64,000 nt of DNA from Cyanophora paradoxa CCMP329 (GCA_004431415.1 QPMI01000674.1:1-64000), one strand, 5' to 3'; positions 33,101 through 42,055 are shown, counted from the first letter of the stretch. A program made the numbers and translations. Notes: generated by a model not told the origin, from the sequence alone.

Positions 33101-34433
33101 TATTGCGTGGAAAGATGTTTTTGTTAATTGATTCCGCCGCGAATTTGTATATTAACTTTCCGTCGACATCAAAGACGCGGAAGCCTGTCTGGATCCTCTT
33201 ACAGAATTTCTCGATATGGCGGAGCGTGAGAGCCAGAGAGTCGCCAGGTGTGCGTTCACGACCGTGAAAGAATTTATAAAGACCGTCGTACGACATAGTT
33301 AAGTCAGTATATCGCGGTTTTGGCGCCTCCTGACACTTCTTAATGGACGCTCCCCATGTGGAGATGATCATATCATAGCCGCAAGCGTTAGATGTCGATG
33401 ATTTGGGAAGCTCAATAACATCTTCGAACTCAGACGCGTTTGGATTTAATGTATAGTCTGTGAATTTGCTCATAATCGCGGTGCATCGCATGCTGTCCGT
33501 AAGCTCCTCATCCAGAAACGCATAGCGATTTCCAGGAATAGCACCGGCTCCGTCATCTTCGACACCTTCGTCCCCATAGATCACGACCTCATGCACAGTT
33601 ATAAAGGCATCATCGACACTGCCGCCAAAATCATCGAAACCTTTGCGTAGTTTTTTCTGTTCCTCGGTTGGTGGTGTCTTAAAGAAGAACATCTCGTATG
33701 CTTGTCCGAAAGTTCCCAGACCAATCTTCAATTCATCGTAGTTTTCGAGTAAATCGAAGATTGAATCTCTCTCTTCCGAATAATAACGATTTTGAGCGGT
33801 GAGAATTCCATACACTCTATCGATTTTTGCCAGAGCAAAGTTTCTCAACACCCTCACCGAAACTGTCTCTCTTATATTCTGGTAGGTGACAAAGGTTTTG
33901 TCTTTTATATATGTTCCGGGAATTCCGGGAATAACAATTACCTCCGACGACCGAGCACCGGATCCGGGCGCCCATAGCTTGAACGTAATTGTTGCGAGAG
34001 TTTCCGGATCGTATGCGGCGATTGGGTCGAGAATAGTGCGTTTAATCGCATCCTCTACCGCTTTTAGTTTACCTCTCTGCTGCTTCGCTTCGAGTTTCGC
34101 TTCTTTCGCTCGTTTCTGTTCTTGCTTGCGATCGAAGCGCTGTAAACGCTTAGCCTCTTGTTCTTTTTGCTTCTGCTTTTCTATATTAACTTGGGTGCGA
34201 GCGGCACGCTTTTCTTTCCGCTCTGCCCTGCGGAAAACGCGGGGATTAATGATGCCATTCAGAGTATCCCGAATGTCGATCAGCGTTTGGAGCTTGGGCT
34301 TCCGATTCATTGTGTTGTGCATCGCCCAATGCGCCTGTTCTTCGGTTAGCAAATCCTGACTCAATCCCTGCATAATGTATCCGATAATTTCATCCCGAAC
34401 ATTGTTAGCGATTCTGTTGGTTGCGCGCGGCAT
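30123..34433 (-). CDS. 1436-aa fusion: divergent PolB + SF1 (Pif1/RecD-like) helicase + C-terminal HNH-like domain
   Basis: PolB motif A AVDMAKCYPS, B-like KHILVKEIGMLGK, C IRTDCLY. SF1 motifs PGSGKS, MFDE, GDTYQNEPI, TGHSTQGLT, YTALTR. C-terminal CAIC...VDRINNRRPH...NCQLAHHGCN. Confidence 0.85.
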   Translation of the reverse strand: MPRATNRIANNVRDEIIGYIMQGLSQDLLTEEQAHWAMHNTMNRKPKLQTLIDIRDTLNGIINPRVFRRAERKEKRAARTQVNIEKQKQKEQEAKRLQRFDRKQEQKRAKEAKLEAKQQRGKLKAVEDAIKRTILDPIAAYDPETLATITFKLWAPGSGARSSEVIVIPGIPGTYIKDKTFVTYQNIRETVSVRVLRNFALAKIDRVYGILTAQNRYYSEERDSIFDLLENYDELKIGLGTFGQAYEMFFFKTPPTEEQKKLRKGFDDFGGSVDDAFITVHEVVIYGDEGVEDDGAGAIPGNRYAFLDEELTDSMRCTAIMSKFTDYTLNPNASEFEDVIELPKSSTSNACGYDMIISTWGASIKKCQEAPKPRYTDLTMSYDGLYKFFHGRERTPGDSLALTLRHIEKFCKRIQTGFRVFDVDGKLIYKFAAESINKNIFPRNIHFMIHNKHIYIFNDNIKSLEMRMAKMEVEELDNHVPKSTSSLALYKIPTCLTHDIFAHTSKDLLKITQLKLSPDERSFIRILYTGREGLEGLLFTFLKMRYEPAVKLTPSKQIDSITFKANGSMFSIKDPRTTDHFIEQDFETEEYYNKVCEIGKGFRESLLNATNISHYSPNMREILTHYKRSALSGYFYKPNPKATYTAVDMAKCYPSILKGMQYLPKYNVFDDFVPFKVGSDILEYAIYYVRVVAFEREQATFADDEDIDYDAAMSRKIDGIEIILDRAFSVSGRCYNFITGYTLSMHWADVKDKIEIIAVAEPSHLVPNTSIAEMKKVLSSDIQSTDKKHILVKEIGMLGKFQDSQTSTKMFYNRAEAERFAQECGGTVEVFTFNPKNSKRVKALSEFEGHIYFVKISSHRELVNGFLPIHFHIYDRNRANMFAQYKRLTARGHKVAGIRTDCLYIEGSWTSKKEFDRNAFENMGKFSYIPGKRCPENALRPPRGVTLEFQDPETLINRFSLRDEFNPECFNWVAKLHNRMLVLADMPGSGKSTLGINCFASQKSNCLVICPYNKQCAELRDSLKVRGIENITVRTLYNVLGIRVSNDQTYEEAMSEKDQRAFVSEFSHIMFDEIFAYSVKDLAKIKSFIDRYPDIKYLANGDTYQNEPINDELSVSDRKGYYKRAVQSMFPNVLSLRNNKRHKKETDRELIRAIKEDLFENGLEAAQIISKYGLPTINDLNAIPDGYFGIAYRNEMTLAYNKLMHDRRKVNIATVEVNGIKFYKGLEVVCRRYLRISRSEGESINAYTNYTYRITKITKQMVTLTDVFDGVTFEVPCAMLEHFSLPYAGTGHSTQGLTLDSGIVICEATFRYTTREWFYTALTRNRDLSTVLIYTPIHRFQGKSDYIEYLKTKIRGYKCQDQRAGRDFDEADYITPEWILERKKQQKGACAICSLPIPIEPQDPNYKLVVDRINNRRPHLKDNCQLAHHGCNCSKK

Positions 34434-34603
34434 CTCTATTAGTTCTTTTAAAATAACCGGAGAAAATAATTTCGGCGCAATCTACCAAATTCTCCTTTTC
34501 ATACCCTTGTCGCCAATTCTTTAAGTGCTTTTTTGACGGATACGGGGAATAAAAAGAGAGGTAAAAAAATTAATCATTTTTTGCATCGTACGGATACTTT
34601 CCG

Positions 34604-35017
34604 CTACGAATTTTTTGCGTTCTCGACCACATGCTTTCGGGGTCTTCCAGCGGGCTTTTGCGGCTGAGGTTTAGCGGGTGGGTTCAGCTTGCGTTCCGCT
34701 CTTTTCCTGCGTTGGTATTCACGTGCCTTCTCTCGGATTTTCTCCCGATACTCTTCATCGTCTTGGTATCGCTGCTGTTTACGAATTGCAATCTTTTGTA
34801 GCTGTTCCGGGGTGAATATCGTAGCCTCTCCGGCGGCTAATCGCTCCTGTTTCTGTCTCTGATGCTTGTTTCGCTGCCTCTCGGCGTCTTTTTCGCGTTT
34901 TAGTCTTAATCTCTCCGCCTTCTCCCCTTCTGTGATCACCTTCTTCGGTCGCCCGGGTCTGCGCTTTTCCTGCTGTGCCGCCATTGCCTCTTGGTTTGAG
35001 ATCTTGGGTTTCGCCAT
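34604..35017 (-). CDS. Basic DNA-binding protein with two AT-hooks
   Basis: RRPGRPKK and AGRPRK; ortholog of 18530-18856. Confidence 0.8.
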   Translation of the reverse strand: MAKPKISNQEAMAAQQEKRRPGRPKKVITEGEKAERLRLKREKDAERQRNKHQRQKQERLAAGEATIFTPEQLQKIAIRKQQRYQDDEEYREKIREKAREYQRRKRAERKLNPPAKPQPQKPAGRPRKHVVENAKNS

Positions 35018-35141
35018 TTACTATAACCGGAGAAAATAGTTTTTTGTCACTCTGTATTATTTCCCTTGCCCTTATATACCTTTTACCGAAACCTTCAATT
35101 TTTGCGCTCGGATCGATAGGAGCACCACCGAAATTCACCGC

Positions 35142-35555
35142 TCAATAACCGTTCCAGACAGTTCGTTCTTGTTGCTGAGGATATACATAAGGGTTTGTTA
35201 AGCTGTCATCGTCGCCTAATGCCATTTGATCCAATCTATACATCGGATAAGGTGAATCAGCGCGAAAATGCCCTTCCACAAATTCAGGACATGATCGCCT
35301 TCTAATATGCTCTACATGCACATCCTCTATCTGAGAGGTTTCGATATTGGAACTCATAGCCGCGGGCACAGGCGAGGGCGATCGAGATCTTGGGTGGTTG
35401 TGATTGTCGCTGTGGTTAGAATATACAGAAAGGCGCCTACCTCCATTCTCGTCGTCAGAAATATTAACCTCTACGGTTGTGTCGCAACAGGAGTTATGGC
35501 ACGTGCTCGTGAAATGTAAATGAAACATTTCGATGCATTGTGTGATGAAATTCAT
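35142..35555 (-). CDS. Small Cys/His-motif protein
   Basis: Ortholog of 17876-18148 (CHxxCC motif). Confidence 0.75.
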   Translation of the reverse strand: MNFITQCIEMFHLHFTSTCHNSCCDTTVEVNISDDENGGRRLSVYSNHSDNHNHPRSRSPSPVPAAMSSNIETSQIEDVHVEHIRRRSCPEFVEGHFRADSPYPMYRLDQMALGDDDSLTNPYVYPQQQERTVWNGY

Positions 35556-35604
35556 CGACCCTACAAATGGGCAACGTATTAAATATCGGAGAAAATAAAA
35601 GGGA

Positions 35605-35763
35605 ATGAGGGCTTTACTTGCTCGTGTGTTCCCCTACGAATTAGTCGACCTTATAATGCTGTTTATGGAGCCGACATGCCCGTTTTGCAAGGGCATTCAT
35701 ATTAAGACACGCTCTAAATACGGGCGGGTTCAGCTTTGCCTTGCGGATATTCACAGCCATTAG
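35605..35763 (+). CDS. 52-aa micro-ORF with an F-box-like helix and CxxC
   Basis: MRALLARVFPYELVDLIMLFMEPTCPFCKGIH... fills an intergenic gap; below the ORF-track cut-off. Confidence 0.3.
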   Translation: MRALLARVFPYELVDLIMLFMEPTCPFCKGIHIKTRSKYGRVQLCLADIHSH

Positions 35764-36443
35764 CGGATATGGCGTTTACCACCAAGCATTGCGGCATAAT
35801 TTACGGGTGCAGTCGGCACTATGTGCGCATATTGCGGGGCGACCGATTGCTGACGAGTTACGGCTTGCGCATCTGTCTTTTCCTCCTTTTTAATCTCCTC
35901 TACGTCGACTTTTTGCTTTAATCCGAGTTTGGAGATCTCTTTCTTTACAAGCCCCTTTAATTTCTTGCGTTCGTTATAATCTTGCATCCATTTCTCGTAG
36001 TTAGAGACTTTCATTTCAAGGTCTCGCACTTTCTCTTCAAAGCTCATGACAACGTCGACAGGAACCGTGTGTTTTTGATAGGATCCGCGCTTTTTGAGCT
36101 CGGTTTCGGCGGCTTTCGGAACGTCTTGTGTCTTGTGTTGGCTTGCAACAACTTGCGCTTTGAGTACTTTGTCGGTTGCTTCATCGACAGAGCCGCCTCC
36201 AATCTGTGGTTTTACAGTAGCTAAATCCTCCATTTGGCGTTTACCGCTATCTTGGTTTCCCTTGTCCGCGGTGGCACTCGCAATAATCGCCTCTTGCTTG
36301 GCGACCTCCTCTGGCGAAGTGTCTACAAGATATTCGGGCATTTCGAGACCGCCACCCGACGTTAATCCAGACTCTTCAAGTCCGCGATTTGGATTACCAG
36401 AAGCGACCGCTTGTAGGGTTTGAGGCTTCTTTCGGTAGACCAT
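35760..36443 (-). CDS. Hypothetical charged/coiled-coil viral protein
   Basis: Syntenic and weakly similar to 17119-17853 (DKV..., KVRDLEMK...ERKKLKGLVKKEI.KLG). Confidence 0.75.
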   Translation of the reverse strand: MVYRKKPQTLQAVASGNPNRGLEESGLTSGGGLEMPEYLVDTSPEEVAKQEAIIASATADKGNQDSGKRQMEDLATVKPQIGGGSVDEATDKVLKAQVVASQHKTQDVPKAAETELKKRGSYQKHTVPVDVVMSFEEKVRDLEMKVSNYEKWMQDYNERKKLKGLVKKEISKLGLKQKVDVEEIKKEEKTDAQAVTRQQSVAPQYAHIVPTAPVNYAAMLGGKRHIR

Positions 36444-36445
36444 GA

Positions 36446-37312
36446 TTATCTTTTCTTACACTTGATTAACATTTTCTTTTTCTTAGGCGAAATTTGGGAA
36501 AGTTTGGGGATACCTTCAAGCTCACGCTCAAATTTGGATAAAGTTTTACAGACAGTTGTCGAATCTTTGACAGGCGGCGGTTTTGTAGCTTGCTCTTCTT
36601 GTTGTTTGCGCTTCTTTTCTTCAAAAGCCGCCCGCTTGTGGAATTTAGTAAACGGGTGGTCATCGATCATATCGGCTTTTTCGACCCACCATCGCACAGA
36701 ATACCCGGTATTATCGTGAATGATCGCTTGGTAGCTATGACAAAACTCTTGGAACATACGTTTGAAACTCTCCTTATCCATGTTGCCGAATTCCTCGTGA
36801 TATGCTTCGAACTCTCGCATGTTTGACCAGCTGAGGAATATGATATACTCCGCATTACTGCGAATGATAGTTGACAGCTTTGTTAATTTCTGCGAGATTA
36901 AAGCCACGGAACAAAACGTATGACGACCTTGCGCCATCAATTTATTTAGCAAATGATCGCGCGAAAGATCGATAGTTCCGGACTCCAAACAATCGTCGAG
37001 TACGATGAGAATATTCTTTGGTTTCTTACCCGCGATGATGGCTTTTTTGCGGGCTTCTATGATCGACTCTACATATTCCGGCTTCCAGGTATCATGCACT
37101 TCGTCTGTTATTTGACCCCAGAAACCGTTGAAACTCGTAGGACAGAAAACCAGAACATACGAGATCTGATCTTCGAGTTCTTTGATCAGCCACTTTAAGA
37201 ATACCGATTTACCACAATTGGTTTTCGCCAATAGGAGAAATCGTGCGGGAAGTTTCACCCTCTGTTTCGGGTTCCATTCTTCGAGATCCATGGGCGTTGT
37301 CCCTTTTTGCAT
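36446..37312 (-). CDS. A32-like packaging ATPase
   Basis: AKTNCGKS, LIVLDDC, GRHTFCSVALISQ, IIRSNAEY. Confidence 0.9.
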   Translation of the reverse strand: MQKGTTPMDLEEWNPKQRVKLPARFLLLAKTNCGKSVFLKWLIKELEDQISYVLVFCPTSFNGFWGQITDEVHDTWKPEYVESIIEARKKAIIAGKKPKNILIVLDDCLESGTIDLSRDHLLNKLMAQGRHTFCSVALISQKLTKLSTIIRSNAEYIIFLSWSNMREFEAYHEEFGNMDKESFKRMFQEFCHSYQAIIHDNTGYSVRWWVEKADMIDDHPFTKFHKRAAFEEKKRKQQEEQATKPPPVKDSTTVCKTLSKFERELEGIPKLSQISPKKKKMLIKCKKR

Positions 37313-37362
37313 TCTTTCACTATAAAAACAATAGAAAAATAAGACTGAATGTGGTCAATAGA

Positions 37363-38676
37363 CTAGGCGCTTACTCTTCGAAGACCGTCGCCTGTGACTA
37401 TCATTATGTTATGAGCAAGGGCGATGCACTGAATTTGCATCTTCTGATATGCCGACGATGCATACCACTCCTCATTACCGACTCCACCGGCTGTGACACC
37501 ATTGAATTCGAAGACCAGATCGAACGCCGATGTGCCTGTGGCATCGATGTAGCCCGTGTTCTCTTGGTTGAGAAGCGACGCCTTTCCGTTTCCAGCACCG
37601 AAGTAAATGCCAGAGAGAGCCGGGTAGCTTGTGCTCTCGGTGAAAATCGCCGAATTATATTTATCTTGAAGTTCGGTCGCGGCAATCATGAGAGGAAGCG
37701 AAGTATTCGAGTAGAGGCGGTTATTGTTGAGTTCCACATAGAAGCTTACAGCGTTGGTTCGGAGTGCACGAGGAGCCAGAACCGAGAGAGTTCCGTTGTT
37801 CACCTTCGTCTTCGCGTTTTGGCGCACAGAGAATACGAGAGTGTGGATGAGACCCGCACCTGTGAGTTGCGAGAGATTGACTCGCGAACCGGAGGCGGTC
37901 GGCTGGAAATCTGTGTGGAGGAAACCGATTTCGTTGTAGGGGATCGCGATACCAGTCGATTTTACACGGGCAATGGTCTCAGATACAACCGCCTCATCGG
38001 CATTTACGACCTTGCAGATAATGCGGGGTTTCAGCACTTGAAGGGAAGCGCCATTGTTGGTAACCGCAATATTGGCAACATTGTTAGTATCCTCAATGAT
38101 ACCATCACCAATCGCCTTGAATTCGATTTCGACCACGATCTCAGAGTTCAGAGCGCAAAGTGGGAACATCGCCTTCTCGAAAGGAGAGGGTAAATCGATT
38201 TCGTAGGTTCCACCGACAGTGTTACCAGCGGTTCCGACAAGACCACCCACATAGCGAAGTTTCTTATCGAGTTCGCCCTGTTCGGTCATCAGTAGAAAAT
38301 ACTGGGTGACGAAATCCTCTGGGACAACGTAGCGGAATGAAGCGTGAGAGATTTCGATGCGCTTAATTAGCGATCCAATAACGCGAAGGTAGCCAGTAGT
38401 TCCAGCGACACCATTCGTGAGATCAGTGAGGGTGATCGGGTTAAGATCGAGTTGCAGCGCGAGACCATTCAGGAAATGGTAGCGGGGGATTTTGAAGACA
38501 ACTCGGTTGCCGAGAGCGCTGGGTGGCTCAGTGTCGGGGGCGACCAGAACTCGAAGTGGCTTAGTGCCAGAGGACGTTCCAATGACCAGCGACTTGTTTA
38601 GGAAATAATCCTTGTAGTCATCGGTGGTGAGCATAGATTTCAGCGTTGGGCGCTGGAATTGGCTGTTAGTCTCCAT
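37363..38676 (-). CDS. Major capsid protein (double jelly-roll, NCLDV-like), intact
   Basis: Probable start METNSQ. GNRVVFKIPRYHFLNGLALQLDL, GSLIKRIEI, FPLCAL.SEIVVEIEF, TGYID, ALAHNIMIV. Confidence 0.85.
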   Translation of the reverse strand: METNSQFQRPTLKSMLTTDDYKDYFLNKSLVIGTSSGTKPLRVLVAPDTEPPSALGNRVVFKIPRYHFLNGLALQLDLNPITLTDLTNGVAGTTGYLRVIGSLIKRIEISHASFRYVVPEDFVTQYFLLMTEQGELDKKLRYVGGLVGTAGNTVGGTYEIDLPSPFEKAMFPLCALNSEIVVEIEFKAIGDGIIEDTNNVANIAVTNNGASLQVLKPRIICKVVNADEAVVSETIARVKSTGIAIPYNEIGFLHTDFQPTASGSRVNLSQLTGAGLIHTLVFSVRQNAKTKVNNGTLSVLAPRALRTNAVSFYVELNNNRLYSNTSLPLMIAATELQDKYNSAIFTESTSYPALSGIYFGAGNGKASLLNQENTGYIDATGTSAFDLVFEFNGVTAGGVGNEEWYASSAYQKMQIQCIALAHNIMIVTGDGLRRVSA

Positions 38677-38723
38677 GAGCGTTTCTTCTCTTATCTTTGG
38701 GATCAGAAAATAATTTACAGGGC

Positions 38724-39650
38724 TCAATAGAAATTCATTTCGGGCGGTGCGTCGTAGGTTTCGATTTCAAAAGTGAAATAATGCGCCCAAACCCCGAAAT
38801 CTAAGAGAGCGCCATCATGGTCGATGAGTTTAATCGTGAGGCGGTCGAAAGATTTTAATTCGCGGAATTCGCGAACGAGAGGCACAGTAGTGGACGTGTC
38901 GAAGTGGTAGATATCACCATGTTCGAGTTCCTGTGGGATTGGAATGCGCATGAAATAACCGTCGACGTGCTTGTTGACTGAGCGAATAAATGGCGCGAAT
39001 TCCTCAATATATAGCCAGATCATTGCAGCCGGGGTCTCATCTCCACGAGTATAGCCGCGAATGCGTCGATTAAGTGTCACAGTCCCCGATCCAGGATTGA
39101 ATACAAGGAATGTATCGCTTGCAAGAGGGGTAAATGTCTCGTAAACATATAGCTGAATATCTTTGAAACCGAATATTGCGAGTTTCTTAGCGATTGCTTT
39201 GCGATTACTGGATTTTCTGAGTGTTTCAGGGGAAGCTTTGGAGAACTTGAACCAAAAGTTACTATCACTGAAAAACTCATAGATCTTTGAAGTAGTATTA
39301 TAGCGGCATTTAATATATTTTCCACCGAAATCTGAAAGGCGAGCTGCTTCGAGTCTTTCTGTGACTTTTGCGGCAAGGTCGTCTTTGGTGTAAAATCCTT
39401 TGGGGATTGTGATGGTCACGAATCCGGAATCCGAAGCTGTGACCGAGAAATAGAGTTCCATGCGCTCGATGGTTGCACCAGTCGCGTCTATATCGTTTGT
39501 CACGGTCGAAAGAACATTGGGAACCGTTGCCTGCACCAGGCGCACCGATTTTACGTTGTCATAGCGACGGGGTAATGTCACTACATACTGGTTTGGCTGA
39601 GTAAACTCCTCATCGCGATCATCGCTCGAAAAGCTCAGGTATTCTTTCAT
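38724..39650 (-). CDS. Minor capsid (penton)-like protein 1
   Basis: Probable start MKEYLSFSSDDRD...PNQYVVTLPRRYDNVKSVRLVQATVPN; C-terminal RLTIKLIDHDGALLDFG...FTFEI. Confidence 0.82.
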   Translation of the reverse strand: MKEYLSFSSDDRDEEFTQPNQYVVTLPRRYDNVKSVRLVQATVPNVLSTVTNDIDATGATIERMELYFSVTASDSGFVTITIPKGFYTKDDLAAKVTERLEAARLSDFGGKYIKCRYNTTSKIYEFFSDSNFWFKFSKASPETLRKSSNRKAIAKKLAIFGFKDIQLYVYETFTPLASDTFLVFNPGSGTVTLNRRIRGYTRGDETPAAMIWLYIEEFAPFIRSVNKHVDGYFMRIPIPQELEHGDIYHFDTSTTVPLVREFRELKSFDRLTIKLIDHDGALLDFGVWAHYFTFEIETYDAPPEMNFY

Positions 39651-39666
39651 CTTACTATAATAGATT

Positions 39667-40512
39667 ATGAAAAGAATAACAATAAATTGCGACAGTAGAG
39701 ACCTTGAAAATGGCGTGCTGCACTTGAAAACGCGCCTTAATAATGTGCGACGATTTCGTGTGCTATCCGCTGAGATTCCCAATAGCTCTTATGTTGTTCC
39801 GCCCGATCAGACAATAACTATAACGCTTCTAAACGAAGAGCCCACAGTAATCCCCGCATCCAAAATGATAGCACCGATTCCCAGCGTAAACGATTATTAT
39901 TACGTCGATGCTGATAACGAACGATATCCGAAAGAGAGAGCTCTAAACAGTGATGCTTTACTCGGATTTGCGGGCGGTTCTTTTAATCCACTCGGTCTCT
40001 TCCCGGTCTCCTATTCTCTCGCTCTGTCTACGAACCGCTTCGTTTTCTCATCTCCGAATAGCCCTTTTACATTAGAGTCCTCAGACCAGGAGTTCTGTGA
40101 TTGTCTCGGCATAGAACCCGGAGTGGTTTACGCCAGCACACCAGAACCAGTGACGGTTCCACTCAGAGATTACCCCAGTCGCTACGCGATTATATGCCCG
40201 AAAATGGTCGACTTTAATGCAATTCCATATATTTACCTTGATATCGAAGAGCTCCGCCCTTTTACCAAATTCGCAGCGGTTACAGGTAGACAGAACAATG
40301 TCGACGACTCCTATCTATTGCGAATTCAGATGAATTCGGACTTTGGTAGATATTCCTTTTACCACGAACCGAGCGCAAGCATCCCTTTCGTAAATGTCAC
40401 ATCGCAACTCGATTTAGATCGTCTCACAATTTCGCTTCGAAAATGGCGGGGCTCTGTTGCGGATATAAACGGTCTCTCATACTCGTTCCAGCTCGAAGTG
40501 ATCACGGATTAA
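39667..40512 (+). CDS. Minor capsid (penton)-like protein 2
   Basis: INCDSRD...NVRRFRVLSAEIPNS; PYIYLDIEEL; LDRLTISLRKWRGSVADINGLSYSFQLEV. Confidence 0.8.
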   Translation: MKRITINCDSRDLENGVLHLKTRLNNVRRFRVLSAEIPNSSYVVPPDQTITITLLNEEPTVIPASKMIAPIPSVNDYYYVDADNERYPKERALNSDALLGFAGGSFNPLGLFPVSYSLALSTNRFVFSSPNSPFTLESSDQEFCDCLGIEPGVVYASTPEPVTVPLRDYPSRYAIICPKMVDFNAIPYIYLDIEELRPFTKFAAVTGRQNNVDDSYLLRIQMNSDFGRYSFYHEPSASIPFVNVTSQLDLDRLTISLRKWRGSVADINGLSYSFQLEVITD

Positions 40513-40518
40513 GCGCTG

Positions 40519-42012
40519 TCACACATAGTAGCCCTCGAAATCAATTCGGCATGCCGAAGCAATATTCGTCGTGAGCACCCAGATTACGAGGGTTCTCACA
40601 GATCTCGGGTTCGCTAAGAAATGTTCGTCGGGCTCCGCACTTCCGGCTATTTGATTTGCATTGGTAAACACTCTCGTCGCGCCGGCTTCTGTGTATGTAA
40701 CAAGCGCAGAAACTCCGGAAGTGAGCTGGTAATCGATCTCAAACGTTTTAATATAGTTGCCATTCGCAGCCGGCTTCATTTTTATTGAGGAAAGCATGAA
40801 CAGACGCGGAAAATCGATGCGTAAATAATTGCCTCCCGACCTACTACCTTGCGGCGGGTTGGTAAATCCCACCCACCCCGTAGCATTCGACCAGCGGGCA
40901 TTGGAGGCTGTCCCGAATTCCGCAATAAAAGCGCTATTATCGAGCGGCACCCAGTTGGACTCCGGGGGTGCGCTTACATCTGTGCACCCGGACAGATTAA
41001 TTATGGGAACGTCGCCCTCTGATAAATTCATTGTCAGCACTGAATACATTGCATTAAAATACGTTTGCTGTGCGGAAACAAACGTGAGCGCTTCCGTTTC
41101 TAAATATTGCAGGTGACTCGTTGTGATAGTATCGAGGGTCATTTTATCTTTCGGTAAAGGGACGCTCAGCTTATAGTAGCGATCGTAGTTCTGATCATCA
41201 TTTCTGGGTAAAAGTTCCAGCAGCTTTACGTGGGCATTTAGATCGCTCGACTCTAAGAACATGCTGAGAATTGGCGATCCTGTCGCGCTTAGCATCCATT
41301 GCACGATTCCCCAATTTTTCATAGTGTCATACGAATATCCAGCTGTCGCTTTATCTAAGTCTTGGACGTGACCCGCCGTAATCGAAACCACGATAAGCTC
41401 CTCCTCGCAAGAGTTTCCGAATAAAGTGCGGGCGAATGTGTAGCCACAAACCCCGGGCGAATTATTTCCGCTCATGCAACCATCGATTAAACAGTATGTT
41501 CTCCCGGCGACTGTGACTTGTTTCGGCTCGAAATAGGTGGGAGCAGCCGAGGTAGCCCTTGCAGCATCTCGCACAAGCATCCCATTAATATCTTCGTCGT
41601 TGCTGGAAATAAAAACGGGGGACATTAAGACCGTGTCAAACGCAGTCACGATGGTGGGTTTATAGAGATCCGCCATAGTCGCTGAGCCGCAGAGTTCGAG
41701 AGCCACCGCTTCTAAATTCGTGGCTTCATACTTGGGGCGTTGCACAATCGATGTGAGCACTCGTGGATTTGCGAAAATCAGCGGTAGCTTCGCTTTGTAG
41801 AGCGCCAGAATATCAGTAGCAGTATATTTAGGGGCGCCATCGGTTCCCTTGATATTCAATAGGAGCGCGATTAATCCACCTGTGGATGTTCCCGCAAAGC
41901 AGTCGAATAGCTGTTGGATTCGTTTACCTGTTTGTGCTTCAATCTGTGCCAGTATAGCAGCCTCGATTATTCCGCGCGACCCCCCTCCACTCAGACATAA
42001 AACGGTCTTCAT
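40519..42012 (-). CDS. Patatin-like phospholipase with C-terminal F5/8 (discoidin)-like domain
   Basis: GGGSRG, AGTSTGG, RATSAAPTYF, IDGC; C-terminal YLRIDF...YIKTFEIDY...CRIDFEG. Confidence 0.92.
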   Translation of the reverse strand: MKTVLCLSGGGSRGIIEAAILAQIEAQTGKRIQQLFDCFAGTSTGGLIALLLNIKGTDGAPKYTATDILALYKAKLPLIFANPRVLTSIVQRPKYEATNLEAVALELCGSATMADLYKPTIVTAFDTVLMSPVFISSNDEDINGMLVRDAARATSAAPTYFEPKQVTVAGRTYCLIDGCMSGNNSPGVCGYTFARTLFGNSCEEELIVVSITAGHVQDLDKATAGYSYDTMKNWGIVQWMLSATGSPILSMFLESSDLNAHVKLLELLPRNDDQNYDRYYKLSVPLPKDKMTLDTITTSHLQYLETEALTFVSAQQTYFNAMYSVLTMNLSEGDVPIINLSGCTDVSAPPESNWVPLDNSAFIAEFGTASNARWSNATGWVGFTNPPQGSRSGGNYLRIDFPRLFMLSSIKMKPAANGNYIKTFEIDYQLTSGVSALVTYTEAGATRVFTNANQIAGSAEPDEHFLANPRSVRTLVIWVLTTNIASACRIDFEGYYV

Positions 42013-42055
42013 TATCTTATATACTTCTTATATATCTTCTTTGTTTATAAAGAGG

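Larger units (their letters stand above)
34453..35597 (-). promoter_or_regulatory. Conserved upstream motif TATTTTCTCCG (three copies)
   Basis: ATAACCGGAGAAAATA is identical at 34453-34468 and 35023-35038; CGGAGAAAATA at 35587-35597. Each lies just upstream of a minus-strand ATG. Confidence 0.6.

Noticed and set aside
37243-38193. 316-aa plus-strand ORF and other long antisense ORFs (e.g. 2160-2576, 33886-34359, 51579-52328)
   Set aside because: They are shadows of well-supported genes on the opposite strand and have no motifs.
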